Part shown: positions 1-8,361 of the stretch, one piece after another
How positions within the stretch are numbered: position 1 is the first letter of the stretch
How the letters are laid out: each line of letters starts with the position of its first letter
DNA from: Thermoplasmata archaeon
Lineage (GTDB): Archaea; Thermoplasmatota; E2; UBA202; JdFR-43
DNA: 26,797 nucleotides
Direction of reading: 5' to 3'
NCBI GenBank assembly: GCA_021163175.1
Contig: JAGGXG010000023.1
Span: forward strand, 1 to 26,797
Notes under the pieces: model-generated
What the model was told of the DNA's origin: nothing
Database searches by the model: none
Seen by the model: only the letters and a program-made list of their open reading frames with translations
Made by a program: the position numbers and the translations under genes

Positions 1-21
1 GAAAATTTTATATTAATGGAG

Positions 22-122
22 GTCGGGGTGGCTCAGCCTGGTGAGAGCGCCTGACTCATAGGCGCAGCCCAAGGGTTCGCTGGGAAATCAGGAGGTCGCG
101 GGTTCAAACCCCGCCCCCGACA
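22..122 (+). tRNA. tRNA-Met(CAT), probably elongator, with a 26-nt intron (61-86) at canonical position 37/38; CCA not encoded
   Basis: Cloverleaf folded by hand: acceptor GTCGGGG(22-28)/CCCCGAC(115-121), D stem GCTC/GAGC, anticodon stem CCTGA(50-54)/TCAGG(88-92), CAT at 57-59, T stem GCGGG/CCCGC with TTCAAAC loop, discriminator A122. Bulge-helix-bulge: bulge TAG(59-61), helix CTCA(55-58)/TGGG(81-84), bulge AAA(85-87). Confidence 0.95.
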
Positions 123-326
123 TTTTTGGAGCTTTTGGCTTCATCATAGCCTTGCTCTGGAAAGATGCCATCATAGGAATAATGAAGCTTGCTGGAGTAT
201 GTGGAGAGTGGCTATAAAGACTGGACTGCAGCAGCCATTGGAATAGTAACTGTGATCATAATAGCAATAATATGCGTTGTTGGCATTGTATACATATCAA
301 AATGTGGAGGCGTTGAGAAAAGCTAA
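122..326 (+). pseudogene. 5'-truncated, frameshifted small two-TM membrane protein gene, DUF5654-like
   Basis: Frame from 122 reads IFGAFGFIIALLWKDAIIGIMKLAGV (resembles the AFGxxxALxWxDAI pattern). After a shift near 198-201 it reads [41 protein letters not shown] (TAA 324-326). No start codon before the conserved motif. Its stop overlaps the convergent mrp stop. Confidence 0.6.
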
Positions 327-1135
327 GCTTTTTCCTCTATCTTTTTTACTATCTCCATAAATGCTTTGCTTGCTTCATTTTCTTCTGTCACAAATGGCTT
401 TCCTTCATCCCCATCTATAACGATTTTTTCATCTATTGGTATTCTTCCAAGAAAATCAATGCCAAGCTCTTTAGCTGCTCTTTCTCCTCCTCCAATTTTG
501 AATAGATTTATTTCCTTTCCACAATGCGGGCAACGGAATCCGCTCATGTTTTCTATGATGCCAAGCACATTCATTCCAAGTTTGCGGGCAAAATTGACGG
601 CTCTTCTACTATCAAGCAATGCAACGTCCTGAGGTGTGGTAACTATTATAGCTTCCGCCCCAGGAATCATTTGAGCTATGCTCAAGACTTCATCTCCTGT
701 TCCAGGTGGCAGATCTGCAATGAGGTAATCCAGCTCGCCCCATTTTACTTCTGCCAGAAATTGTCGGATTGCAGCTGTCTTAAGAGGACCACGCCATATG
801 ACTGGGACATCCTTCTCAAGCATGAAAGCAAGCGAGATGACTCGCAAATTTTCATTTACTTCTATGGGGAGGATTCCATTTTCATCTCCATAAATACGGG
901 CATCTTCTATTCCAAGCATTTTAGGAACATTTGGCCCATGTATGTCCGCATCGAGCAAGCCCGTTTTATATCCTTTCAACGACAAGGCATAGGCAAGGTT
1001 TACAGCTACAGTTGTTTTGCCTACGCCCCCCTTACCGCTGAAAACAGCTATTTTATGCTTAACATGCTCCATCGCTTCCTTTACCTTTTTCTCCTCTTCC
1101 ATTAACTTTTTTCTTCTTTCCGCCATATTTTGCAT
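323..1135 (-). CDS. mrp: Mrp/NBP35 (ApbC) family Fe-S cluster carrier ATPase
   Basis: Deviant Walker [35 protein letters not shown] and C-terminal CPHC motif. SD-like GAGGCGA upstream of the start. Confidence 0.92.
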   Translation of the reverse strand: MQNMAERRKKLMEEEKKVKEAMEHVKHKIAVFSGKGGVGKTTVAVNLAYALSLKGYKTGLLDADIHGPNVPKMLGIEDARIYGDENGILPIEVNENLRVISLAFMLEKDVPVIWRGPLKTAAIRQFLAEVKWGELDYLIADLPPGTGDEVLSIAQMIPGAEAIIVTTPQDVALLDSRRAVNFARKLGMNVLGIIENMSGFRCPHCGKEINLFKIGGGERAAKELGIDFLGRIPIDEKIVIDGDEGKPFVTEENEASKAFMEIVKKIEEKA

Positions 1136-1137
1136 TT

Positions 1138-1428
1138 TTATCGCCTCAATACATAATTTCCGCCTTCTATCTGTATTGCTTTACCATTTATAATCGCATC
1201 GGCTATTTTGAAACGCGCAGACTTCAAATCACTCCATAATGTCTTCTGCGACACCCCCATGCGCGCCGCCGCCTCCTGCTGCGTCAGGCCGAGGAAGTCG
1301 ACGAGGCGTATGGCTTCAAGCTCCTCAATTCTAAGGATGACAATGCCTGCATGAGTAACATTGGGATAAAATGATGTGACGCGGGGGAGTATCTCTACCC
1401 ATCGTCTGCACCGTCGCCTTCCTCTCAT
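1138..1428 (-). CDS. DUF134 domain protein (predicted HTH DNA-binding protein)
   Basis: [10 protein letters not shown]-terminus and [53 protein letters not shown] match DUF134; typical neighbour of Mrp ATPases. Confidence 0.88.
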   Translation of the reverse strand: MRGRRRCRRWVEILPRVTSFYPNVTHAGIVILRIEELEAIRLVDFLGLTQQEAAARMGVSQKTLWSDLKSARFKIADAIINGKAIQIEGGNYVLRR

Positions 1429-1446
1429 ATGCGTATATAGGAGTAA

Positions 1447-1454
1447 TTATATAA
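1447..1454. promoter_or_regulatory. Self-complementary TATA box (TTATATAA) between divergent DUF134 and taw1
   Basis: Palindromic; begins 29 nt before the taw1 GTG and 26 nt before the DUF134 ATG on the other strand. Confidence 0.55.
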
Positions 1455-1475
1455 ATATTTATTATTTTACACCTC

Positions 1476-2408
1476 GTGGAATTGGAAGAAGAAAAGAAGA
1501 TTCTGCGAAAGCAGGGATATGCCATTGTTGGGAAACATTCAGCGGTAAAGCCCTGTCATTGGCTCCGCCAATCTTTGCTTTATGGAAGACAATGCTACAA
1601 ACATACATTTTATGGAATAGAAAGCCATCGATGCCTTCAGATGACGCCAACGGCATTTCATTGCAATCAGCGCTGCCTTTACTGCTGGCGCTACCAGGCT
1701 TTTCCTCTCGCTGCATTTCCAAAGGATATGGCTGATGATCCAAGCTATATATGTGAGGAGAGTATAAAAGCTCAAAGGAGATTGCTGAGCGGATATAAGG
1801 GAGATGCCCGCGTGGATATAAAAAAATGGGAAGAAGCTCTGCAACCCAAACATGTTGCGTGCTCTTTGATAGGAGAGCCAACTTTATACCCTTATTTGGA
1901 TCAATTTTTTGAAGAATGCCATAAGCGTGGAATGACAACTTTCCTTGTGACAAATGGGACAATGCCGGAAGTTTTGGAAAAAATGGATACATTGCCAACG
2001 CAGCTATATGTAAGCATAACAGCCCCAAATGAAGAAATATATCAAAAGTTGAATAATCCCCTAATAAAGCATGGATGGGAACGCATCAATAAAACTCTTG
2101 AATTGCTTCCTTCATTGAATACAAGAACTGTTATACGTCACACTCTCGTCAAAGGATGGAATCTGGGATATGAAGAGGAGTATGCGAAACTCGTTGAAAA
2201 AGCCGAGCCATGGTTTGTGGAGCCAAAAGGATATGTATATGTTGGCTATTCAAGGGAGCGTCTAACCATGGAAAACATGCCAAGTCATGATGAAATAAAG
2301 AAATTTGCCTCTCGTTTAGCAGAGCTCACTGGATATAAAATAGAGGATGAAAGAGCTGATTCAAGGGTTGTTCTGCTTGGAAGAGGGAAGAAAAGGATGA
2401 TTAAATGA
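1476..2408 (+). CDS. taw1: tRNA 4-demethylwyosine synthase (archaeal TYW1/Taw1, radical SAM)
   Basis: KPCHW, CYKHTFYGIESHRCLQMTP, CNQRCLYC (CxxxCxxC), SLIGEPTLY, VTNG, FVEPKGYVYVG. GTG start. Confidence 0.95.
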   Translation: MELEEEKKILRKQGYAIVGKHSAVKPCHWLRQSLLYGRQCYKHTFYGIESHRCLQMTPTAFHCNQRCLYCWRYQAFPLAAFPKDMADDPSYICEESIKAQRRLLSGYKGDARVDIKKWEEALQPKHVACSLIGEPTLYPYLDQFFEECHKRGMTTFLVTNGTMPEVLEKMDTLPTQLYVSITAPNEEIYQKLNNPLIKHGWERINKTLELLPSLNTRTVIRHTLVKGWNLGYEEEYAKLVEKAEPWFVEPKGYVYVGYSRERLTMENMPSHDEIKKFASRLAELTGYKIEDERADSRVVLLGRGKKRMIK

Positions 2409-3586
2409 ATGTTATGGCTTTGTTTTTGTTTATAGCAAGTTTTTCAATTATTGTATTCCTTATAGCAAACAAAAAGAATTTTGGGATGGCGATGATAACA
2501 GGAGCATTGCTTTTGTCTTTTTCAATTCCCTCGAAAATGCCAGCTGTTTTTTTACAAACAATTACAGATTTTAAAGTGATAGCACTGATGATAATCGTTG
2601 TTTTGATAAAGATGCTTGCCTCATTGCTTGAAAAAGGCGGGCTTATTCATGGAATAATAAAAGCTTTTGAGGGGAAGCTGTCGCCTCGTGGCATTCTCAT
2701 TGCAATGCCCTCCATACTCGGCTTGCTGCCTGTGCCGGGCGGCGCCCTGCTTTCTGCCCCTATTGTCAAAAGGCAGGGGGATGCTCTAAAAATGGATAGG
2801 GAATTGCAGATGAGTGTGAATCTATGGTATCGCCACATTGGCTTCATGGTTTATCCCCTCTCCACAACTTTGATTGTTCTCTCTGGACTGTCTGGCATCG
2901 ATATTTATACACTGATTTTATATCAAATCCCTCTTTTCATCATAAGCTTTGCCATGGGTTACATCTTTGTTTATAAATACGGAGGAAGGAAGGCAAAGGA
3001 GGGCGGCAGCGGCAGCCTTATTGGTTTGATTCCGATTTTCCTTCCAGTTGCAATTGCAGTTCCTCTTTCCATCCTGCTTGCAAAATATTTTTCGAGAGAA
3101 ATTGCTACCTACATTTCCTATTTAATTGCCATTCCAGCTGGACTGGCTGTTGCTGCAAAAATGGCTGGAAAAATTGAATTTAAAAAAAGCATTGATTTGA
3201 GCCTTGCTCTGGCAATCTTTGGAATAATGTTTTTCAAAAATATAATAAATGCAACCGGAATAACCTCTGATATATCATCATATCTTTCCTTCCTTCCCGT
3301 CCTGATTTTAATACCAATCGTTTCATTTGTTATTGGGATTCTGACTGCTCATAACATGGCGGCAATAGCAATACTCTATCCAATGTTCTCTTCCATCATG
3401 GATATAAATCTCGTAATAATAATGTTCATATCCTCCTTTTTCGGCTACCTTCTTTCTCCATTGCATCTATGCATAGCGGTAACATATGACTACTTCGAGC
3501 CAAATTTTGGAAAGTTCTATAGAATCATTGTTCCTCCAGCCATAATTGTTATGATTATAGCAATAATATTGTATGGACTGCTGTAA
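2405..3586 (+). CDS. DUF401 family polytopic membrane protein (putative transporter)
   Basis: Very hydrophobic 393 aa with GLLPVPGGALLSAP, WYRH and LLSPLHLC motifs. ATGA overlap with the taw1 stop. Confidence 0.75.
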   Translation: MNVMALFLFIASFSIIVFLIANKKNFGMAMITGALLLSFSIPSKMPAVFLQTITDFKVIALMIIVVLIKMLASLLEKGGLIHGIIKAFEGKLSPRGILIAMPSILGLLPVPGGALLSAPIVKRQGDALKMDRELQMSVNLWYRHIGFMVYPLSTTLIVLSGLSGIDIYTLILYQIPLFIISFAMGYIFVYKYGGRKAKEGGSGSLIGLIPIFLPVAIAVPLSILLAKYFSREIATYISYLIAIPAGLAVAAKMAGKIEFKKSIDLSLALAIFGIMFFKNIINATGITSDISSYLSFLPVLILIPIVSFVIGILTAHNMAAIAILYPMFSSIMDINLVIIMFISSFFGYLLSPLHLCIAVTYDYFEPNFGKFYRIIVPPAIIVMIIAIILYGLL

Positions 3587-3626
3587 TGAAAAAGCAAAAC
3601 ACAAGGTATTTCACAATTGCACCATT

Positions 3627-3638
3627 TTTTATATAAAA
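3627..3638 (+). promoter_or_regulatory. TATA box upstream of gyaR (TTTTATATAAAA)
   Basis: 12-bp palindrome starting 29 nt upstream of ATG 3656; no SD. Confidence 0.55.
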
Positions 3639-3655
3639 GGCAATGATATAACAAC

Positions 3656-4627
3656 ATGGCATCGATATTTATGAGTCGACGCCTTCCTGACATAGCCATA
3701 AAAATGCTTGAGAAAGAACATGATCTGGAAATATATGAAGGTGATGCCCCTCCAAGCAAGGAAGAAATTATTGCTGGCGTAAAAGGAAAAGATGCGTTGA
3801 TATGTCTGCTCACTGACCCAATAGACAAAGAAGTTATCGATGCCTCGCCTTCATTAAAAATAATAGCGAATTATGCTGTCGGCTATGACAACATAGATGT
3901 GGAATATGCAACAAAGAAAGGCATAGTTGTAACAAACACTCCAGGTGTGCTTACAGAGACAGTGGCTGATTTAACATGGGCTTTGATGCTTTCTATAGCA
4001 AGGCGTATATGCGAGGGTGATGAATTCATGAGGCAGGGAAAATTCAAGGGATGGGCCCCTCTGCTAATGCTTGGCGGCGACATACATGGCAAGACTCTTG
4101 GAATAATAGGAGCAGGTCGCATAGGAAGAGCTGTCGCAAGACGAGCCATTGGCTTCAACATGCGTGTAATATATTACAGCAGGCATAGAAACGAGGAAAT
4201 TGAAAAAGAATGCAATGCAAAATATGTTGGCTTCGATGAATTGCTTCGCCAAGCAGACTTCATTTCATTGCATGTTCCATTAACGAAGGAAACATATCAT
4301 ATGATTGGATGGGAGGAATTGAATAAAATGAAGCGAACAGCATATTTAATAAATACTGCAAGAGGAAAGTGCGTTGACGAGGAAGCTTTGTACAGAGCAT
4401 TGAAGGAAGGCATCATCGCGGGCGCCGCCCTCGATGTTTTCGAGAATGAGCCTCACGTTCATGACGGATTGAAAAAGCTGAAGAATGTCGTTATCACGCC
4501 TCATATTGGCTCTGCATCCCTTGAAACAAGGACAAAGATGGCAGAAATGGTGGCTGAAAATGTTCTCGCAGCATTGAAAGGTGAGAGGGCGCCAAATTGC
4601 GTGAATTGTGAGATATATGAAAGCTAA
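3656..4627 (+). CDS. gyaR: D-isomer-specific 2-hydroxyacid dehydrogenase, glyoxylate/hydroxypyruvate reductase type
   Basis: NYAVGYDNID, NTPGVLTETVAD, GIIGAGRIG (Rossmann), INTARG, LDVFENEP, TPHIGS. Confidence 0.88.
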   Translation: MASIFMSRRLPDIAIKMLEKEHDLEIYEGDAPPSKEEIIAGVKGKDALICLLTDPIDKEVIDASPSLKIIANYAVGYDNIDVEYATKKGIVVTNTPGVLTETVADLTWALMLSIARRICEGDEFMRQGKFKGWAPLLMLGGDIHGKTLGIIGAGRIGRAVARRAIGFNMRVIYYSRHRNEEIEKECNAKYVGFDELLRQADFISLHVPLTKETYHMIGWEELNKMKRTAYLINTARGKCVDEEALYRALKEGIIAGAALDVFENEPHVHDGLKKLKNVVITPHIGSASLETRTKMAEMVAENVLAALKGERAPNCVNCEIYES

Positions 4628-5696
4628 ATTCCTGATTCTCCTGGCAATATTCATGGCTGGCTGCCTGACAACGCCATACAGACATGGATTTGATGAAAAC
4701 GATGTTGTAGCTCCAACACCATATCATGTTGAATGGCAGGAGAAGCCAAAAGATGCTGCTATAATTCCGCCTGGCTATAGCTATGAGTTGAATGTGACGA
4801 TACCACGCAATTTGTATCCAAATTACTGGAATGCTCTGGAAATAGCGATAAAAAACAATGGCAATACAAAGCTATTCATTTACAATATAGCAATAGAGAT
4901 AGATGGAAATACATTTAAGCAATGGGATGGAAAAGAAGGAAAGGAAATTGGCGTAGGAGAGAAGAAAAGCTTCATTGCTTCATTCAAAGTTTCTTCTCCT
5001 GGAGAGTATCGATACAGAATAGGTGTGTATTTCATGGCTGCCTCAAGAAAATGGTATGACTATGGATGCAAATACACGCAGGAATATGAGATAAGCATCG
5101 ATGAATATAGCGAGGCAACTAATTACAAATTCCATAAAAACTATTATGTTTATTTCGATAAAATAAAGAAGCTCGTTGATCCCTGCGATAATATAGTGAA
5201 GCAAAGAGCAAACATTGCTTCAAGCGGTTATGGATATGGCTATAACATTGCAAAGGTATGTGCAATATTCGATTACATCAAAGACAACATGAAGTATGTT
5301 AATGATAGCGATGACAAGGACATATGGAATAGCCCTTCGGTGGCATTGCTAAACGGCGGCGATTGTGAAGAATTCGCAATGACAATGGCAGCCATGACGA
5401 TGGCGAAAGGCGGCACAGCCCGCATATATATGACAGATAACCATGCATTCGCCGCCATATATATTGGCAAAGATCTGGGCATTCTCGATAGCATAGATTC
5501 ATATTATCATGCAAAGCTCAGCTATGCTCTGTTTGAAGACAAGCTTGGCTACTGGATCGTTGCAGACATGCTTTCTTCCTTTTATCTTGGCTGCCTTCCG
5601 GTTGGAGGTTATGCCACAGGAGAGAGCAACAACGAAAGAGTATATGAATGGAGTATAGCAACGAACAACCTATACGCAATAGATGTTGTTGGCTAA
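4617..5696 (+). CDS. Putative lipoprotein with C-terminal transglutaminase-like (Cys-His-Asp) domain
   Basis: Start more likely ATG 4617 (MKAKFLILLAIFMAGC, lipobox-like). IFDYIKDNMKYVND, GGDCEEFA (Cys), NHAFA (His), WIVAD (Asp). Confidence 0.72.
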   Translation: MKAKFLILLAIFMAGCLTTPYRHGFDENDVVAPTPYHVEWQEKPKDAAIIPPGYSYELNVTIPRNLYPNYWNALEIAIKNNGNTKLFIYNIAIEIDGNTFKQWDGKEGKEIGVGEKKSFIASFKVSSPGEYRYRIGVYFMAASRKWYDYGCKYTQEYEISIDEYSEATNYKFHKNYYVYFDKIKKLVDPCDNIVKQRANIASSGYGYGYNIAKVCAIFDYIKDNMKYVNDSDDKDIWNSPSVALLNGGDCEEFAMTMAAMTMAKGGTARIYMTDNHAFAAIYIGKDLGILDSIDSYYHAKLSYALFEDKLGYWIVADMLSSFYLGCLPVGGYATGESNNERVYEWSIATNNLYAIDVVG

Positions 5697-5726
5697 ATTA
5701 TATATTTCGATTTCGCATCTCCAATC

Positions 5727-6884
5727 ATGATTCCAACAATGGATGAATTCGATTTTGGAAATAAAAGTGTTATTTTGAGAGTCGATATAAACTCGCCTCT
5801 CGATCCTTCAACGCTAGAGATAATGGATAACTGGCGCATAAGGCGATGCATTCCAACGATACAGGAACTTGTTAAAAAAAATGCAAAGGTTATTATTTTG
5901 GCTCATCAGGGGAGGCCAGGAAAATGGGATTTTACCAGCCTTGAAAGACATGCGAAAGAGCTTGCCAGATTGATGAACAGAGATGTAAAATTTGTGGATG
6001 ATGTATATGGAAGCAAAGCCATTGAAGAAATTAAGAAAGCAGGAAATGGTGAGGTCATATTGCTTGACAATGTTAGAAAATGCGAGGAGGAAATGAAGAA
6101 ACTACCGCCAGAGGAACATGCAAGGGCAGAGATGGTGAAAAAGCTTTCTAAACATGCCAGTGCTTTCATCAATGATGCTTTCGCAGCAGCTCACAGAAGC
6201 CATTGTTCGATGGTTGGATTTATCCCTGTTTTGCCATCTTTTGCCGGTCGTTTGATGGAAGCGGAATTAAAAAATCTTGATAAAATGATGAAATCTGCAG
6301 AGCGGCCTCGCATATTCATATTTGGTGGAGGAAAATATGAGAATTCCATAGAGGTGATAAAAAATTTGCTCGAGAAAGGCATAGCCGATAAAATATTGCT
6401 CGGCGGAATGCCTGCAAATGCTTTTCTTGGAGCAATGAAAAAAATTGATTTCGAAGCAGATGGAGAGATAAAAGAAATAATGGAAAAATATGGGGACAGG
6501 ATAATCCTTCCTGTTGATATGGTCTATGAAAATGGTGAGCTTGATGTTGGAGAAGCAAGAAAACCTGGCAAGGATATAGGAAGCAAAACAATAGATATTT
6601 TCAAAGAAGAGATAAAGAATGCTGCCTCAATACTCATATCCGGACCGATGGGAGTGTTTGAGGAGGAAAGATTTGCAAGAGGAACAAGGGAAATACTGGA
6701 AGCCATAGCTGGAAGTGGAGCATTCTCCATAGCGGGCGGCGGGCACACGGTGGCGGCGATAAATAAGCTTCGCCTTGCTGAAAAATTCAGTTATGTTTCG
6801 ACTGGCGGCGGCTCGCTAGAGAGATTTTTGATGAGTAAAAGCCTGCCTGTTGTGGAGGCATTGATAAAATTTAAAAGAGGTTAG
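5727..6884 (+). CDS. pgk: Phosphoglycerate kinase
   Basis: LRVDINSP, LAHQGRP, LLDNVR, NDAFAAAHRSH, GPMGVFE, GGGHT, STGGGS. Confidence 0.95.
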   Translation: MIPTMDEFDFGNKSVILRVDINSPLDPSTLEIMDNWRIRRCIPTIQELVKKNAKVIILAHQGRPGKWDFTSLERHAKELARLMNRDVKFVDDVYGSKAIEEIKKAGNGEVILLDNVRKCEEEMKKLPPEEHARAEMVKKLSKHASAFINDAFAAAHRSHCSMVGFIPVLPSFAGRLMEAELKNLDKMMKSAERPRIFIFGGGKYENSIEVIKNLLEKGIADKILLGGMPANAFLGAMKKIDFEADGEIKEIMEKYGDRIILPVDMVYENGELDVGEARKPGKDIGSKTIDIFKEEIKNAASILISGPMGVFEEERFARGTREILEAIAGSGAFSIAGGGHTVAAINKLRLAEKFSYVSTGGGSLERFLMSKSLPVVEALIKFKRG

Positions 6885-6897
6885 CCATTACTTTTCC

Positions 6898-7965
6898 ATG
6901 AATATAGTCCATGTTGTTGGAACTGGCACAATAGGAGAGCCATTGATTGGTTTGCTTGCTGACTTGAAAAATGAGTTTGGCATCGATGAGGTGACGTTCT
7001 ATAAGCACAGTCCTGTTTTGACAGACAGAGCAAAAGTTAAGGGATTGATAGGCAGAGGAGCAAACATTGCTGTTGTAAAGGAAAAGATGCAGGGATTTAG
7101 AGAGCTGGGAATAGAGCCAATGTATGAGGCTGAAGAAGCTATAGCGAGAGCAAGCGTTGTTATAGATTGCACACCCAAAAAGATTGGGTTGCAGAACAAG
7201 GAAAGATATTACAAAAAATATGAAGACAGGGTAAAAGGATTTCTTGCTCAAGGCTCAGAATTTGGATTTGGAAAACCTTACGCGCTGGGCATAAATGATA
7301 ATGCAATAACAAAAGAAGACAAGTATATCCACATTATGAGTTGCAACACACATAACATTGCTGTTGCAATAAAAAGCGTTGGATTTTTAAATGGAGAAAA
7401 AAATGATTTTGTCTCAGGAAGGTTTGTTTGCATAAGAAGAGCCACAGATATCTCGCAGGAAAGCGATTTTATTCCAGCCCCATATGTGGATGAGCATAAG
7501 GATAAAAAATTTGGGACGCATCATGCAAGGGATGTATGGCATCTTTACAACACACTTGGCTACGATTTAGATGTTTATTCCTCCTCGCTTAAAATAAATA
7601 CGCAATACATGCATTCAATATGGTTCGATATAAAAGTCAAAGGCAAGACCGATGAAGAAGAAGTACTTGAAAGATTCAAGAGCAATCCGAGGGTGGCAAT
7701 AACATACAAAAAGCTTTCAAGTCTTGTCTTCTCTTTTGGAAGAGACCACGGCCACTATGGCAGGATTTTGAATCAAACAGTTGTTGTTGTTCCAACGATA
7801 AGGGTAAGGAATGATAACGAAGTCTTCGGCTTTTGTTTCACACCCCAAGATGGAAATTCATTGCTCAGCAGCGTTGCAGCCACACTTCGAATACTATATC
7901 CAGAAAAAGAGGAATGGAGTGAAAAGATGAAAGCCTTGCAACCATTTTTGTTCGATGAGGTCTAA
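6898..7965 (+). CDS. gap: Divergent type II (archaeal-type) glyceraldehyde-3-phosphate dehydrogenase
   Basis: GTGTIG nucleotide-binding loop, VIDCTP, catalytic SCNT, RRATD, THH, YMH. 13 bp downstream of pgk. Confidence 0.75.
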   Translation: MNIVHVVGTGTIGEPLIGLLADLKNEFGIDEVTFYKHSPVLTDRAKVKGLIGRGANIAVVKEKMQGFRELGIEPMYEAEEAIARASVVIDCTPKKIGLQNKERYYKKYEDRVKGFLAQGSEFGFGKPYALGINDNAITKEDKYIHIMSCNTHNIAVAIKSVGFLNGEKNDFVSGRFVCIRRATDISQESDFIPAPYVDEHKDKKFGTHHARDVWHLYNTLGYDLDVYSSSLKINTQYMHSIWFDIKVKGKTDEEEVLERFKSNPRVAITYKKLSSLVFSFGRDHGHYGRILNQTVVVVPTIRVRNDNEVFGFCFTPQDGNSLLSSVAATLRILYPEKEEWSEKMKALQPFLFDEV

Positions 7966-8258
7966 CCAAATATAAAGCCCATACCCTCGCTTGCTGCCTC
8001 CTCGTCGCCTACAAATTTTTTGTTTATTTCTTCTTTTTCCTCGCCTTCAAGCTTTCTTGCTTTCTCGCCCAGCAATTGCTCCGCTTTTTTCAATGCTTCC
8101 TCGCTCCCTTCGATTTTTAAAAAAATGGAGTTGCCTTCTTTGCCCAGTGATTTTGCATCTCTCGTCCATATGCTCTGACGCATGACCAAATCATCTTTCT
8201 TTACTTCTTCAATTATGCTCTCATCTTCCTTTTTTATTTCAAATATTTCGTATGCCAT
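7962..8258 (-). CDS. Hypothetical acidic protein, about 98 aa
   Basis: Likely start ATG 8258 (MAYEIFEIKKED). Globular-looking sequence (DDLVMRQSIWTRD, LKIEGSEE, MGFIFG); stop overlaps the convergent gap stop. Confidence 0.7.
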   Translation of the reverse strand: MAYEIFEIKKEDESIIEEVKKDDLVMRQSIWTRDAKSLGKEGNSIFLKIEGSEEALKKAEQLLGEKARKLEGEEKEEINKKFVGDEEAASEGMGFIFG

Positions 8259-8361
8259 GATTTGAAAGATGAAAAGATATATGAGTATTGTGGCTCTTGC
8301 CATTGGATTGAAAAAATTTCGGTGTTGCCAAAATTATAAATATGTTGCAAATATTATCATC

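Noticed and set aside
4-21. TATA-like TTTTATAT just upstream of the tRNA
   Set aside because: Only about 9-16 nt from the mature 5' end, too close to be the tRNA promoter; may serve a gene outside the window.
61-86. tRNA intron as a box C/D guide RNA
   Set aside because: Only 26 nt and lacks RUGAUGA and CUGA boxes.
524-1105. 193-aa plus-strand ORF, and the many other antisense/alternate-frame ORFs in the track (e.g. 1462-2028, 16392-17347, 19921-20523, 22509-23114, 23573-24337)
   Set aside because: They lie wholly over well-supported genes, show no recognisable motifs and look like shadow ORFs.
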